Of a stretch of 36,190 bases of DNA, positions 1 to 7,571 are shown piece by piece (position 1 is the stretch's first letter; every line of letters starts with the position of its first letter). The position numbers were made by a program, and so were the translations under genes. The notes beneath the pieces are model-generated. The model saw only the letters and a list, made by a program, of their open reading frames with translations, was not told the DNA's origin and did no database searches. Source of the stretch: a virus (lineage: Duplodnaviria > Caudoviricetes); IMG/VR virus record IMGVR_UViG_3300014656_000074, positions 1 to 36,190 of that record, one strand, 5' to 3'.

Positions 1-779
1 TTATATACAGTCTTATAGTCTACTGGGTCCCTTATCCCGTATCTGAGTAGGGAAGTGTGGTTATAAGCCTTCCAGGCGGCGAACAGATGCATAAAGCTAT
101 TATAACACCCATCTATACTCTCCTTAGCCTCTATTAAACGGCCTTTAGGGTTAAAAACACCAGTCTTCAAGTCACAATGCACTACCCTTACAGCCTCTAT
201 AGGAGGCATACCAAGCAACTTCTCTGCCATTATAGCATATACACATAGCTGCCAAGAGGCTTTTACTGAATATTCCCAGCTACTCCCTGTCTTATAATCC
301 CATAGCTCTACCCTACCATTACACCTTACTATCTTATCAGCAGTACCAGCTATACCTAGTTCAGGATCTATCATAGACTGCTCTAAGCTTAATACCTCTA
401 GTTCTTGTGCCTCTTCCCAGTTATTCTGTATTCTAAGCATATCAGCAAAACCCTTATTACTGCCTTTCTTACCCTGCTTACGTCCTCTATCATAATCCTC
501 TTTAAACTTATGGTAGTCTGTACCTATCTTACCTGCCCTCTCCATCATGCTTTTAACCTTCATACCTTGACTCATTAAGAACTCTTTATCTCTTTTAGTT
601 ACAATACAACCTAGTATGGTGGTAACAGATACACACGGATGCTCTAAGCCTTGCTCCCAGTACCATCTCCAATCGCTCTTAGTCTCAGTCCACCTCTTAT
701 GGGTATAGCTCTCCTCCTTGCCCATAACAGCTCTATCATGCGCCCACTTGTTATCCTTTAGGTGTATCCAATCACTCAT
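1..779 (-). CDS. PD-(D/E)XK family exonuclease (RecB/Cas4-like fold), 3' end outside window
   Basis: Not in ORF track; translated by hand from ATG 779 (SD AGGGGA): ...SVTTILG...GTDYH...LGIAGTADKIVRCNGRVELWDYKTG...WQLCVYA..., matching G-x-x-D / D-x-K / Q-x-x-x-Y motifs; no stop before base 1. Confidence 0.85.
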   Translation of the reverse strand, partial: MSDWIHLKDNKWAHDRAVMGKEESYTHKRWTETKSDWRWYWEQGLEHPCVSVTTILGCIVTKRDKEFLMSQGMKVKSMMERAGKIGTDYHKFKEDYDRGRKQGKKGSNKGFADMLRIQNNWEEAQELEVLSLEQSMIDPELGIAGTADKIVRCNGRVELWDYKTGSSWEYSVKASWQLCVYAIMAEKLLGMPPIEAVRVVHCDLKTGVFNPKGRLIEAKESIDGCYNSFMHLFAAWKAYNHTSLLRYGIRDPVDYKTVY

Positions 780-807
780 ATTGTATCCCCTTACTTGCCC
801 TATCAGG

Positions 808-869
808 AAGGCCCCTGAGACGAACGGAAATAGGCCTAGGTTCAACGACCACCCCTTGTCTGGGGCCTT
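808..869 (-). promoter_or_regulatory. Intergenic imperfect hairpin upstream of exonuclease gene
   Basis: AAGGCCCC..AGAC / GTCT.GGGGCCTT inverted repeat enclosing a copy of the dispersed motif. Confidence 0.4.
818..850 (-). repeat. Dispersed bipartite motif, degenerate copy 1
   Basis: Minus strand GGTCGTTGAA-cctaGGcctattt-CCGTTCGTCT (spacer 1 nt longer than the other copies). Confidence 0.5.
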
Positions 870-975
870 ACCCCTGCTCTGAAAACCACTCAGCAAGATT
901 TTCCAATAAAGGCCTTACACACACATAAGCCAATATAACACCCAAAATAAAGATGCCAATACATATTACAATCAT
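868..975 (-). CDS. 35-aa single-TM peptide
   Basis: MIVICIGIFILGVILAYVCVRPLLENLAEWFSEQG; TGATG overlap with upstream gene, SD GGGGAG. Confidence 0.5.
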   Translation of the reverse strand: MIVICIGIFILGVILAYVCVRPLLENLAEWFSEQG

Positions 976-1379
976 CACTCCCCCTTTATTCTTCGGCCAA
1001 AACCTTTTAGGCGGTGTTTAACAGCCTCCAATAAATCCTTCTTTGTCACGGGTATGGTCATCACTATGGGTTGAATAAGTCCGACTCTAACGCCGCGTTT
1101 CTCTAATTCTTTGCGCACGGGGTCTGTACACCTCTCACACTCGCACCCGTCCTCGTGCGCTTCTACAGGCACTTGACTAAGTTTTATATCAGGGTTTACT
1201 TGACTAACTTCTATATCATCAGGCAAGCGGTTGAAAATACTAGCCAATAGATCAACGAGACATATCTGCTCATTGACCGCCTCTCGCTCTGGCGAGTCTT
1301 TAGCGGTTTCTTTGCGTGCTTCCCAAAGCATTTTATGCTTTTCACTACACGCTTTTAGTACGTCACTTTTGGCTATCAC
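975..1379 (-). CDS. Hypothetical protein (H/C cluster HEDGCECERC)
   Basis: ORF track; overlaps neighbours in a packed operon; AGGGGA upstream. Confidence 0.7.
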   Translation of the reverse strand: MIAKSDVLKACSEKHKMLWEARKETAKDSPEREAVNEQICLVDLLASIFNRLPDDIEVSQVNPDIKLSQVPVEAHEDGCECERCTDPVRKELEKRGVRVGLIQPIVMTIPVTKKDLLEAVKHRLKGFGRRIKGE

Positions 1380-1578
1380 TTTTCATCCCCCTTAGTTCTT
1401 TGGCTATCATGCCCAAATTAATTGTCCCCTGCGCCCACCCTTTTCTTGCTAACTCCTCGGCTACTTGTGCGGCCTCTTCCAAAATTTCGTCTCTCAACAC
1501 GATAGGACACTTGGCTATCCCACACTCAGGATGCCCCTCTTGTGTATAGGCTACATATTCACATTGCTTGCAGTTCAT
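1363..1578 (-). CDS. Small Cys-containing hypothetical protein
   Basis: MNCKQCEY...C...C; SD AAGGGA. Confidence 0.7.
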   Translation of the reverse strand: MNCKQCEYVAYTQEGHPECGIAKCPIVLRDEILEEAAQVAEELARKGWAQGTINLGMIAKELRGMKSDSQK

Positions 1579-1582
1579 TTCT

Positions 1583-2089
1583 TTATCCCTTCACTGAGTA
1601 CAAGAATATCCATTTGTTCATAGAATCTGGGCCGTGGGTGGCTCTAAGCGTATTATAGAGTTGATCGAAATGCTCAGTTGCTCCAAAATCTTTCATCATA
1701 TCGTAGAAACCTAACGCTACAATTTCTTCCTCCGTCACATCCTTTGCGAGCTTCGCTGTTACGTCGGTGACTTCGAGTATAGCAGCTACTAAATCGGGTT
1801 CTTCTGCCGCAACTATCCGGTCGCCTATGGCGTAAGGTACCGGTACTTCCACCACCTGTTGTTCGCCCCTTTTTAACATATCTTCCCAGCGGTCCTTACG
1901 CTGTGTCACAAATTTTGCTATCGTCGGGCCATATTCACCCTGCTTTACTATCCACGCACTGAATTTGAAGTCTATCGGCGGCTGCGGCTCCATAACCTCC
2001 GCAAACATCCCGAAGCGCCCGCCTTCCATAGCCTTTAGCTGCCACTCATCGAATACTTTTAAGTGTTCTGTTGGCTTATCCTTTGCCAT
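1583..2089 (-). CDS. ASCH/PUA-like domain protein
   Basis: Start moved to ATG 2089 (GGAGG SD). PYAIGDRI..AE / ILEVTDV....KDVTEEEIVALGF / F..LY / N.WIFLY follows the phage ASCH-like pattern. Confidence 0.6.
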   Translation of the reverse strand: MAKDKPTEHLKVFDEWQLKAMEGGRFGMFAEVMEPQPPIDFKFSAWIVKQGEYGPTIAKFVTQRKDRWEDMLKRGEQQVVEVPVPYAIGDRIVAAEEPDLVAAILEVTDVTAKLAKDVTEEEIVALGFYDMMKDFGATEHFDQLYNTLRATHGPDSMNKWIFLYSVKG

Positions 2090-2372
2090 TGTCTGCCTCC
2101 TCGATATGCTCATAGGTCTGCTCAAAAATGTCATCTTCAACTGGATAAATTTCGCCCTTAATGCCTTTTACTATCCACCACCCCCTGCGCGCTAGGTGAT
2201 TGCCTTCTAATGTTTTTATTACCATACAAATATCAGGCGTACCTTGGTTAATAAAAAATACCTCACCCGCATCAATTGCTTTTATAATCCATTCGGGGTC
2301 TTCAGTTTGGTTTCTATCCGCAGTCCATTGAAAAGCCTCAACCACCACTGGTTTTTTTCTATATTTTGTCAT
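2076..2372 (-). CDS. PGDYG-like small phage protein
   Basis: KYRKKPVVVEAFQW...IKTLEG...GWWIVKGIKGEIYP...DIFEQTYE, a widespread phage family signature. Confidence 0.8.
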   Translation of the reverse strand: MTKYRKKPVVVEAFQWTADRNQTEDPEWIIKAIDAGEVFFINQGTPDICMVIKTLEGNHLARRGWWIVKGIKGEIYPVEDDIFEQTYEHIEEADNGKG

Positions 2373-2393
2373 CCTTCACCTCTCCTTCGGGGG

Positions 2394-2522
2394 TTAGCTT
2401 TTTGCATGTTTACCAAACTTTGCTGGCATCTTGATGCGTAGCCCGTCCTTGTACTCAACTTCAATGCTCGCAAATCCAAGAAACAGGCAATAAACACAAA
2501 GCCAAAATAAAAATCTAAACAT
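2394..2522 (-). CDS. 42-aa membrane-anchored peptide
   Basis: MFRFLFWLCVYCLFLGFASIEVEYKDGLRIKMPAKFGKHAKS, GGAGG SD; preferred to track ORF 2369..2620. Confidence 0.55.
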   Translation of the reverse strand: MFRFLFWLCVYCLFLGFASIEVEYKDGLRIKMPAKFGKHAKS

Positions 2523-2537
2523 TCCTTACCTCCGTCA

Positions 2538-2729
2538 CTAGTCGTCATACATCCAATAGCACTCATCAAAGTCCTCCTCATCTTCCACATCCCTAATCCC
2601 TTTAGGTAAGCTCCACCCATTCGCCCTCAGTAGTCCTGCTACTCTATAAAGCATTTCCCCCATAAGCAGGTCATCGTTCTCCTGCTCCACAGTAGTCTTA
2701 ACACCGTACATTTCTAATATTAATTTCAT
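2538..2729 (-). CDS. Hypothetical acidic protein
   Basis: ORF track; GAGGTG SD. Confidence 0.7.
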   Translation of the reverse strand: MKLILEMYGVKTTVEQENDDLLMGEMLYRVAGLLRANGWSLPKGIRDVEDEEDFDECYWMYDD

Positions 2730-2779
2730 TTACACCTCATCACCTTCTCTGCTATCTGTTTATCTATATCTCTACTCAT
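2726..2779 (-). pseudogene. 17-codon remnant resembling N-terminus of phage ABA-sandwich-type proteins
   Basis: AGGAG SD then MSRDIDKQIAEKVMRCK*, ATGA overlap with next gene. Confidence 0.35.
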
Positions 2780-2795
2780 TCTTTAGGTTCTCCTC

Positions 2796-3137
2796 TTATG
2801 TGTATCTCTTCCGATGTATACGTACTCCTCGCATCTTAGCTCCTATTCCATAAGGTCTATCTTCTTTTTTATTGTACCAATAGTACTTAAACACGTGCTG
2901 TGCTCCTTTTCCCTTCGTAACAGTTTCTACGTCTGACGGATGCATACTCCCTAAACTAGCTGTGCTATGCTTTAAGGTAAGCCAATCTACTACACCACAC
3001 CCTAATTGAAATCCTGCAACAGTGTATACCCGCTTTGTATTAAAGAGTCCCCACCTATCCAGCTCACAACCACGCTTCATTACACGCACTCTATCCCCGA
3101 CTCTAAACGAACGCTGCTTAACGACATATTTACTCAT
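2796..3137 (-). CDS. Hypothetical protein with SH3/KOW-like start (FRVGDRVRV)
   Basis: ORF track; GAGGTG SD; ATGA overlap. Confidence 0.65.
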   Translation of the reverse strand: MSKYVVKQRSFRVGDRVRVMKRGCELDRWGLFNTKRVYTVAGFQLGCGVVDWLTLKHSTASLGSMHPSDVETVTKGKGAQHVFKYYWYNKKEDRPYGIGAKMRGVRIHRKRYT

Positions 3138-3361
3138 TTACACCTCGTACCTTTATATAGTTCATTACAAGCATTGGCTTCTTCTATCTCATCTTTAGTA
3201 TGGGACAGCTCCTTGCCTCTCTCTATATTATTCAGTACGTTGGCAGTAATTTTACATATCTCCTTACATCGTTTCTTAGTCACATTGACGGGAAGCATCA
3301 CTAGAACCTGCTCTCCTTCATCAGTCTCTAAAGCATTTCCTACTGCTTTGTATAGGATCAT
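3134..3361 (-). CDS. Hypothetical protein
   Basis: ORF track; AAGGAG SD. Confidence 0.65.
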   Translation of the reverse strand: MILYKAVGNALETDEGEQVLVMLPVNVTKKRCKEICKITANVLNNIERGKELSHTKDEIEEANACNELYKGTRCK

Positions 3362-3383
3362 TCCTTCTCCTTTAGTTCATTAC

Positions 3384-3596
3384 TCATCTCAATAGCTCCT
3401 TACATACTTGGTTCATCTTTTCCCTAACTTCTACATGATAACATCTAACAGGCAGGTCCATCAATATCTCCTGGAATATCTCTTCTATCTTAGATAACCA
3501 CCATTGCTCTACCTCTTTAATACGACAAAGCATGTAGTCATTAGTCTCAGGATCATTAAACATCATCTCTTTCCTAAACTGTTCTATTAAGGTCAT
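3384..3596 (-). CDS. Hypothetical protein
   Basis: ORF track; GAGGAG SD. Confidence 0.7.
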   Translation of the reverse strand: MTLIEQFRKEMMFNDPETNDYMLCRIKEVEQWWLSKIEEIFQEILMDLPVRCYHVEVREKMNQVCKELLR

Positions 3597-3663
3597 ATCA
3601 TTACTCCTCGCTTCATTCTATTCCGCGATCCTCAAACAAGAAGTTTAAGTCTCTAATAGATCT

Positions 3664-4065
3664 TTATTTACCAAACTTCTCCCTCAATGCTTCTCTAATA
3701 GTAGACTCAGATACCTCACCAATACCCTCTATAGTAATCATGTTCTCTTTTTTCTTTGATAAGACTTTAATGCACCTCCCATTAAAAAACTCACCAATCA
3801 TATATAGAGTACCTCGGTTACGCCCTACATTACCAACTTCAGCCGAGTGTAGTATTCCACTATTGTGATCGCCCTCCACCTCATCTCCAATATTAGCATC
3901 AGTGTCCGGCTGTTTAGAGAAGATCCGATCTCCGCCTACATACAGAGTTCTATTTGGAAATGACTTTCGGCTTATGCAGACATCTACGTCCCCTTCGCAA
4001 TCCCCATCTGCGTTCCCCACCACCTCTGCTCTTACCAATACCTTATCCCCTACTTTATATTTCAT
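3664..4065 (-). CDS. Hypothetical protein with SH3/KOW-like start (MKYKVGDKVLV)
   Basis: Start moved to ATG 4065 behind GGGAGG SD. Confidence 0.75.
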   Translation of the reverse strand: MKYKVGDKVLVRAEVVGNADGDCEGDVDVCISRKSFPNRTLYVGGDRIFSKQPDTDANIGDEVEGDHNSGILHSAEVGNVGRNRGTLYMIGEFFNGRCIKVLSKKKENMITIEGIGEVSESTIREALREKFGK

Positions 4066-4075
4066 ATAGTACCTC

Positions 4076-4276
4076 CCTATTATTGGACTGCTTAGCAGGT
4101 TGACAACCCATTCACCCTTCTGACGGACATGTCGGTGCCCGCTGCGTGAACCTATCAATTGAGACTAAGCAGCCCTAAATAGGGGCTAGATAAGTAGCGC
4201 TCACTCATGAGGGCCATCCCCAATGGAGAGCCTATTGCGCATTATCCTATCAATTAACGGAATAACTCATCTAGCC
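4076..4276 (-). ncRNA. Putative structured RNA: two abutting long stem-loops in a ~490-nt leader
   Basis: GGCUAGAUGAGU/ACUUAUCUAGCC (4184-4276) and GGGCUGCUUAG/CUAAGCAGUCC with inner stems (4076-4183); wobble pairs favour minus strand; both contain AAUUGAUAGG. Confidence 0.55.
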
Positions 4277-4563
4277 TTTTAGTTGTTAAAGAACAAAGTA
4301 GACCGGATCTATTAAAGTGATGTTAAAGAAGCACTTCTTTTACGTCATGTAAGCAGCTCTTCCGCTCTACGCTCATCACTTATCAGCTTCGATGGCTTTG
4401 CTGCTATTTCTCAGTTCCGTTATGCCAGGGCTTTGGCCACTTCTGCCGGATCAGATAGTGGGTATGTTCTTATCATGCCTCTGCTTCGCCTGACGCCTGA
4501 AACCACATCCCATTACCTTTTTAAAGAGAACATGTTAACTCTATTAAATCTACCATACATTAC

Positions 4564-4592
4564 ATTCTACACTACTTTATCAGTTCTGTCAA
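4564..4592 (-). promoter_or_regulatory. Sigma70-type promoter
   Basis: TTGACA-17 bp-TAGAAT. Confidence 0.8.
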
Positions 4593-4788
4593 GAAAAATC
4601 GACATCTGTCTGCGTATTCTTATAGGACATATCTTATTTAGCTTACACATAGCCTCAAATCCAGTGTCATCCTCATATATAAATCTCTCAGCATCCTCTC
4701 TAATTGATTTATTAGTATGGGATAGATCCTTACACGCTTGCTCTATAACCCAATAATATAGCTCTCTAGCGTCGTCAACTGTCATCAT
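4567..4788 (-). CDS. Conserved-looking small phage protein (VIEQACKDL...AERFI...FEAMC)
   Basis: Start moved to ATG 4788 (ATGA overlap). Confidence 0.7.
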   Translation of the reverse strand: MMTVDDARELYYWVIEQACKDLSHTNKSIREDAERFIYEDDTGFEAMCKLNKICPIRIRRQMSIFLDRTDKVV

Positions 4789-4976
4789 TTGGACTCCATA
4801 CCATAGGTCTTTACCCATATAGTGTGAGATAACCAAGCAACTTCACTACCAATTTCACTAGTTAAGCTCTCCAATTCATCCCTATCCTCTAGCTTATCCA
4901 GATCAAGGTGCTGTAGCTCCCTACTTCTATCACAAGCATCACAAAAGGCCTCTTTAAGCTCTCTAATAGTCATCAT
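4785..4976 (-). CDS. Hypothetical protein
   Basis: MMTIRELKEAFC...; start trimmed from track ORF. Confidence 0.6.
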   Translation of the reverse strand: MMTIRELKEAFCDACDRSRELQHLDLDKLEDRDELESLTSEIGSEVAWLSHTIWVKTYGMESK

Positions 4977-5103
4977 CCCCCCATATCCAATCATATATGG
5001 CTGTAAAAGCCAAAGGAATGCCCATAACAATTATCAATAACAGATAACACAACACCAACACCATACCCAGTGTCTCCCAGTAAGTTCCACATGACCTAAT
5101 CAT
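4963..5103 (-). CDS. 46-aa single-TM peptide
   Basis: GGAGG SD; MIRSCGTYWETLGMVLVLCYLLLIIVMGIPLAFTAIYDWIWGDDDY. Confidence 0.55.
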   Translation of the reverse strand: MIRSCGTYWETLGMVLVLCYLLLIIVMGIPLAFTAIYDWIWGDDDY

Positions 5104-5164
5104 TATCTTCCTCCCTAATAAAATATCCATAACCGCCACACTCAGGGCACACAATACTAGACAT
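5096..5164 (-). CDS. 22-aa microprotein with CxxCxGxG
   Basis: AAGGAGGT SD; MSSIVCPECGGYGYFIREEDND. Confidence 0.45.
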   Translation of the reverse strand: MSSIVCPECGGYGYFIREEDND

Positions 5165-5174
5165 ATATACCTCC

Positions 5175-5600
5175 TTAGCTCAATAAGAATCTAACAGCTT
5201 GTCTTGCTTTGTTATAAGCCATCCTTTTGTCTTCTGCAGATAGTGTCGTCAAATAAGCCATAAGTAGTCGTTTCCAGTACTTAGCGCTTTTTAAACCAAC
5301 ACCTAATTTCCTACTCAACATAGTCTGCCCGTATATTGCAATAGCTTCCTCAATCTGCTTGTTTTTCCAATTCGACCGTTGATAAGTATTAAGTGATCTT
5401 ATTATTGGTCGGTTGAGTCTCTTACGGTGTCCTGTCCAGTGGATCATTTCATGTAGAAGTATCACTATAGTCGGAATGGTTCTTGGCGCTATTTCAATAG
5501 TATCCTCGTCAGGCCAGTAACATCCGTCAAAGCCAGACCAACTCGTACGAGTTATATGTGGGTACTTCCCTATCTTTACTAAGACTTGGTTAACGTTCAT
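5175..5600 (-). CDS. Zincin-like metallopeptidase (ArdC C-terminal / MPTase type)
   Basis: LLHEMIHWTGHRKRLNR...EEAIA; start ATG 5600 behind GGGAGGT. Confidence 0.8.
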   Translation of the reverse strand: MNVNQVLVKIGKYPHITRTSWSGFDGCYWPDEDTIEIAPRTIPTIVILLHEMIHWTGHRKRLNRPIIRSLNTYQRSNWKNKQIEEAIAIYGQTMLSRKLGVGLKSAKYWKRLLMAYLTTLSAEDKRMAYNKARQAVRFLLS

Positions 5601-5616
5601 ACATACCTCCCCTTTA

Positions 5617-5817
5617 TTACACATCATCCTCAATACCCTCTTCCACAACCTCAATAGCCTCTTTACACATAAGATACATACACTGAGCCTCACTCAATTC
5701 AGTATCAACAGTACAGTCTTCAATCAAGTCTGGTAGATAGAAGTCCACAGTCACCTCAGGTGTTGGAATACACCCCGCAAGCAATAGACAACACAATGAT
5801 ATTATTATATATTTCAT
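5617..5817 (-). CDS. Small acidic lipoprotein
   Basis: MKYIIISLCCLLLAG-C canonical lipobox LAGC. Confidence 0.75.
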   Translation of the reverse strand: MKYIIISLCCLLLAGCIPTPEVTVDFYLPDLIEDCTVDTELSEAQCMYLMCKEAIEVVEEGIEDDV

Positions 5818-5851
5818 TTGAGAGGCCCTCCACCTGGACCTTACCCCTTGC

Positions 5852-6163
5852 CTATTCATAATTCCCCCTCTTCACAACCTGTTCATCATGTCTAACAACC
5901 TCTTTTCCACAGTCCTCACACACAAGGTATTCATCATCCAATAGATCTCTTATATTAACAAGATCCTCAGTACCACACTCAGCACAGTAAACCCTCCCAC
6001 ACACCTCACAAGCTTCCCAGGGCTTCCAGTCATCGTCCAAAGTCTCCCCACAATCAACACAATGAAACAGGTCGAACTCTGGGGATATCCTGTAATCCTC
6101 TCTTAGCCTCTCAGCCATCTCCCAAACCGCATCCTTATATTTCTCATCCAATGTCTGACTCAT
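5852..6163 (-). CDS. Cys-rich double zinc-finger protein
   Basis: Four CxxC pairs (CVDC, CEVC, CAEC, CEDC). Confidence 0.75.
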   Translation of the reverse strand: MSQTLDEKYKDAVWEMAERLREDYRISPEFDLFHCVDCGETLDDDWKPWEACEVCGRVYCAECGTEDLVNIRDLLDDEYLVCEDCGKEVVRHDEQVVKRGNYE

Positions 6164-6180
6164 TTAGGATCCTTCCCCTT

Positions 6181-6399
6181 TTATATTAATCTCTCCATTA
6201 TCTCTCTATTAACCAATACAACACCTACATTAACATACTCATAACCATTGACTGTTCTAATCCTATGATAATTGATAACAAACAGCTTTCTAATAGCCTT
6301 TATATGCCTATCCAGAGCCTTTAATCCTTTATGACAATGCCTATACTCTTGATGCTTTCTAAGCTCCTGGATTTGCTGATTTAGGTCTCTCTCTACCAT
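6181..6399 (-). CDS. Hypothetical basic protein
   Basis: ORF track; GAGGGGA SD directly behind promoter. Confidence 0.7.
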   Translation of the reverse strand: MVERDLNQQIQELRKHQEYRHCHKGLKALDRHIKAIRKLFVINYHRIRTVNGYEYVNVGVVLVNREIMERLI

Positions 6400-6422
6400 G
6401 TTTTATCCCCTCATCCTAACCT

Positions 6423-6451
6423 ATACTATCATACTATTATATCCTTGTCAA
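6423..6451 (-). promoter_or_regulatory. Sigma70-type promoter
   Basis: TTGACA-17 bp-TAGTAT with TG at the extended -10 position. Confidence 0.75.
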
Positions 6452-6510
6452 GCACCAAGTAACCACTTTGTCACTTTACTAATTGTCTTTATATTCTCAT
6501 AGTACCCCTC

Positions 6511-6542
6511 AGACGCACACAATTGACCTGTATTGAACGATC
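6511..6542 (-). repeat. Dispersed bipartite motif copy 2
   Basis: Minus strand GATCGTTCAA-tacaGGtcaatt-GTGTGCGTCT. Confidence 0.65.
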
Positions 6543-6611
6543 ACCCGCTCTATAGGGCCTAGGTATACCCTTCACACCTAGACCCTAACAATGGGGGTTA
6601 TTCCTCTTTAA

Positions 6612-6860
6612 TTACCAATCGCCTCCGTCTTTTAATACATCAAGCATTTGATCCGCCTTTGCATATAATCCATCAACCATATCAGAGATAACCTCAACGC
6701 AACCATCAATGTCTGGACAATCACCTCCGTCACCTTCATGATACGCTGCCCAAATGCTTTCAGATACGTCGTCACACAGACTTTTAGGCACACAGACGCG
6801 CTTTCTTCTTAGCTCTTCCCAAACGGCTTGCTCGAATAGTTCAAAATAACAATAGCTCAT
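6612..6860 (-). CDS. Hypothetical acidic protein
   Basis: Start ATG 6860 behind AGGAG. Confidence 0.65.
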   Translation of the reverse strand: MSYCYFELFEQAVWEELRRKRVCVPKSLCDDVSESIWAAYHEGDGGDCPDIDGCVEVISDMVDGLYAKADQMLDVLKDGGDW

Positions 6861-6871
6861 TTTGCACGCTC

Positions 6872-7003
6872 CTAAATAAAATCTGTTATGTAATGACATT
6901 CATTAAATACTAATATATCAATCTCAGTCTCGCTTAATCTATAAAGCGCGTCCCGATCCCATCCGCTCTGAAACAGAAACTCTATTTTTTCTTCGCGTGT
7001 CAT
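6872..7003 (-). CDS. 43-aa hypothetical protein
   Basis: MTREEKIEFLFQSGWDRDALYRLSETEIDILVFNECHYITDFI; ATGA overlap, fills the gap exactly. Confidence 0.55.
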   Translation of the reverse strand: MTREEKIEFLFQSGWDRDALYRLSETEIDILVFNECHYITDFI

Positions 7004-7164
7004 AATGTCCCCGCAATCGCTCGTTTTAGTGTCTCTTCGTCAAACTGATTTAATATCTCCTCCGTATCTGCATCGTTTATTACTATTTCAACTTGACCCC
7101 GCCCGTAGGTATAGATATCAACCTTCGTAATAGTGAAATTTTCACTTGTTAGTTTTAAGATCAT
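7000..7164 (-). CDS. 54-aa hypothetical protein
   Basis: MILKLTSENF..., starts 1 nt after upstream stop. Confidence 0.6.
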   Translation of the reverse strand: MILKLTSENFTITKVDIYTYGRGQVEIVINDADTEEILNQFDEETLKRAIAGTL

Positions 7165-7165
7165 G

Positions 7166-7363
7166 TTATTTCTTTTTTTTATTATATACAGCATCCATAA
7201 AGCGTTGACGGTTAAGTGCAATATCCAAACAGGTCCGACAAGTGTAATTGGAGCCACAAGTGCAGTTGGTACCGCTTAACATACGCGTCTTACCCCACCG
7301 AGCTTTTCCTCGTGTAGGGCCCCTATCATACTCTTTTGCTTCTTTATGCTCTTTACGTGTCAT
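7166..7363 (-). CDS. Small basic Zn-binding protein
   Basis: MTRKEHK...CTCGSNYTCRTC; AGGGGG SD. Confidence 0.65.
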   Translation of the reverse strand: MTRKEHKEAKEYDRGPTRGKARWGKTRMLSGTNCTCGSNYTCRTCLDIALNRQRFMDAVYNKKKK

Positions 7364-7373
7364 ATATCCCCCT

Positions 7374-7553
7374 TTATTTGTAAACAGCGTTACCATCAAT
7401 AACAACCTCGACCACCTTAGACATCTCCTCAGTGGGAAACTGCCCAACATCAAACCACTTGCCCAAAAAGTAAGTAACAATCTCCTCATCCGTACCATTT
7501 ACACTTGTGCTCCACGAAACCCCATTTTCTGTAGTTATTCTCGCTGTTCTCAT
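7374..7553 (-). CDS. 59-aa hypothetical protein
   Basis: Not in track: MRTARITTENGVSWSTSVNGTDEEIVTYFLGKWFDVGQFPTEEMSKVVEVVIDGNAVYK; AGGGGA SD. Confidence 0.7.
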   Translation of the reverse strand: MRTARITTENGVSWSTSVNGTDEEIVTYFLGKWFDVGQFPTEEMSKVVEVVIDGNAVYK

Positions 7554-7571
7554 ATAATCCCCTTTCAGTTA

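Noticed and set aside
1-779. CRISPR-associated Cas4 / CRISPR array
   Set aside because: Lacks the Cas4 Fe-S cysteine pattern; no other cas genes and no repeat-spacer array in the window
4076-4276. tRNA gene or 6S RNA
   Set aside because: No cloverleaf or GTTCRA T-loop; each hairpin is much shorter than 6S RNA
4355-4390. Hammerhead ribozyme core (minus strand GUGAUGA-GC..GC-GGAA)
   Set aside because: Invariant C of CUGANGA and the GAAA are both missing
4420-4520. tmRNA (short ORF ending ...KALA*, 5' GGGATGT)
   Set aside because: No GGAUUCGAC-like 5' end, T-arm or 3' CCA acceptor stem found
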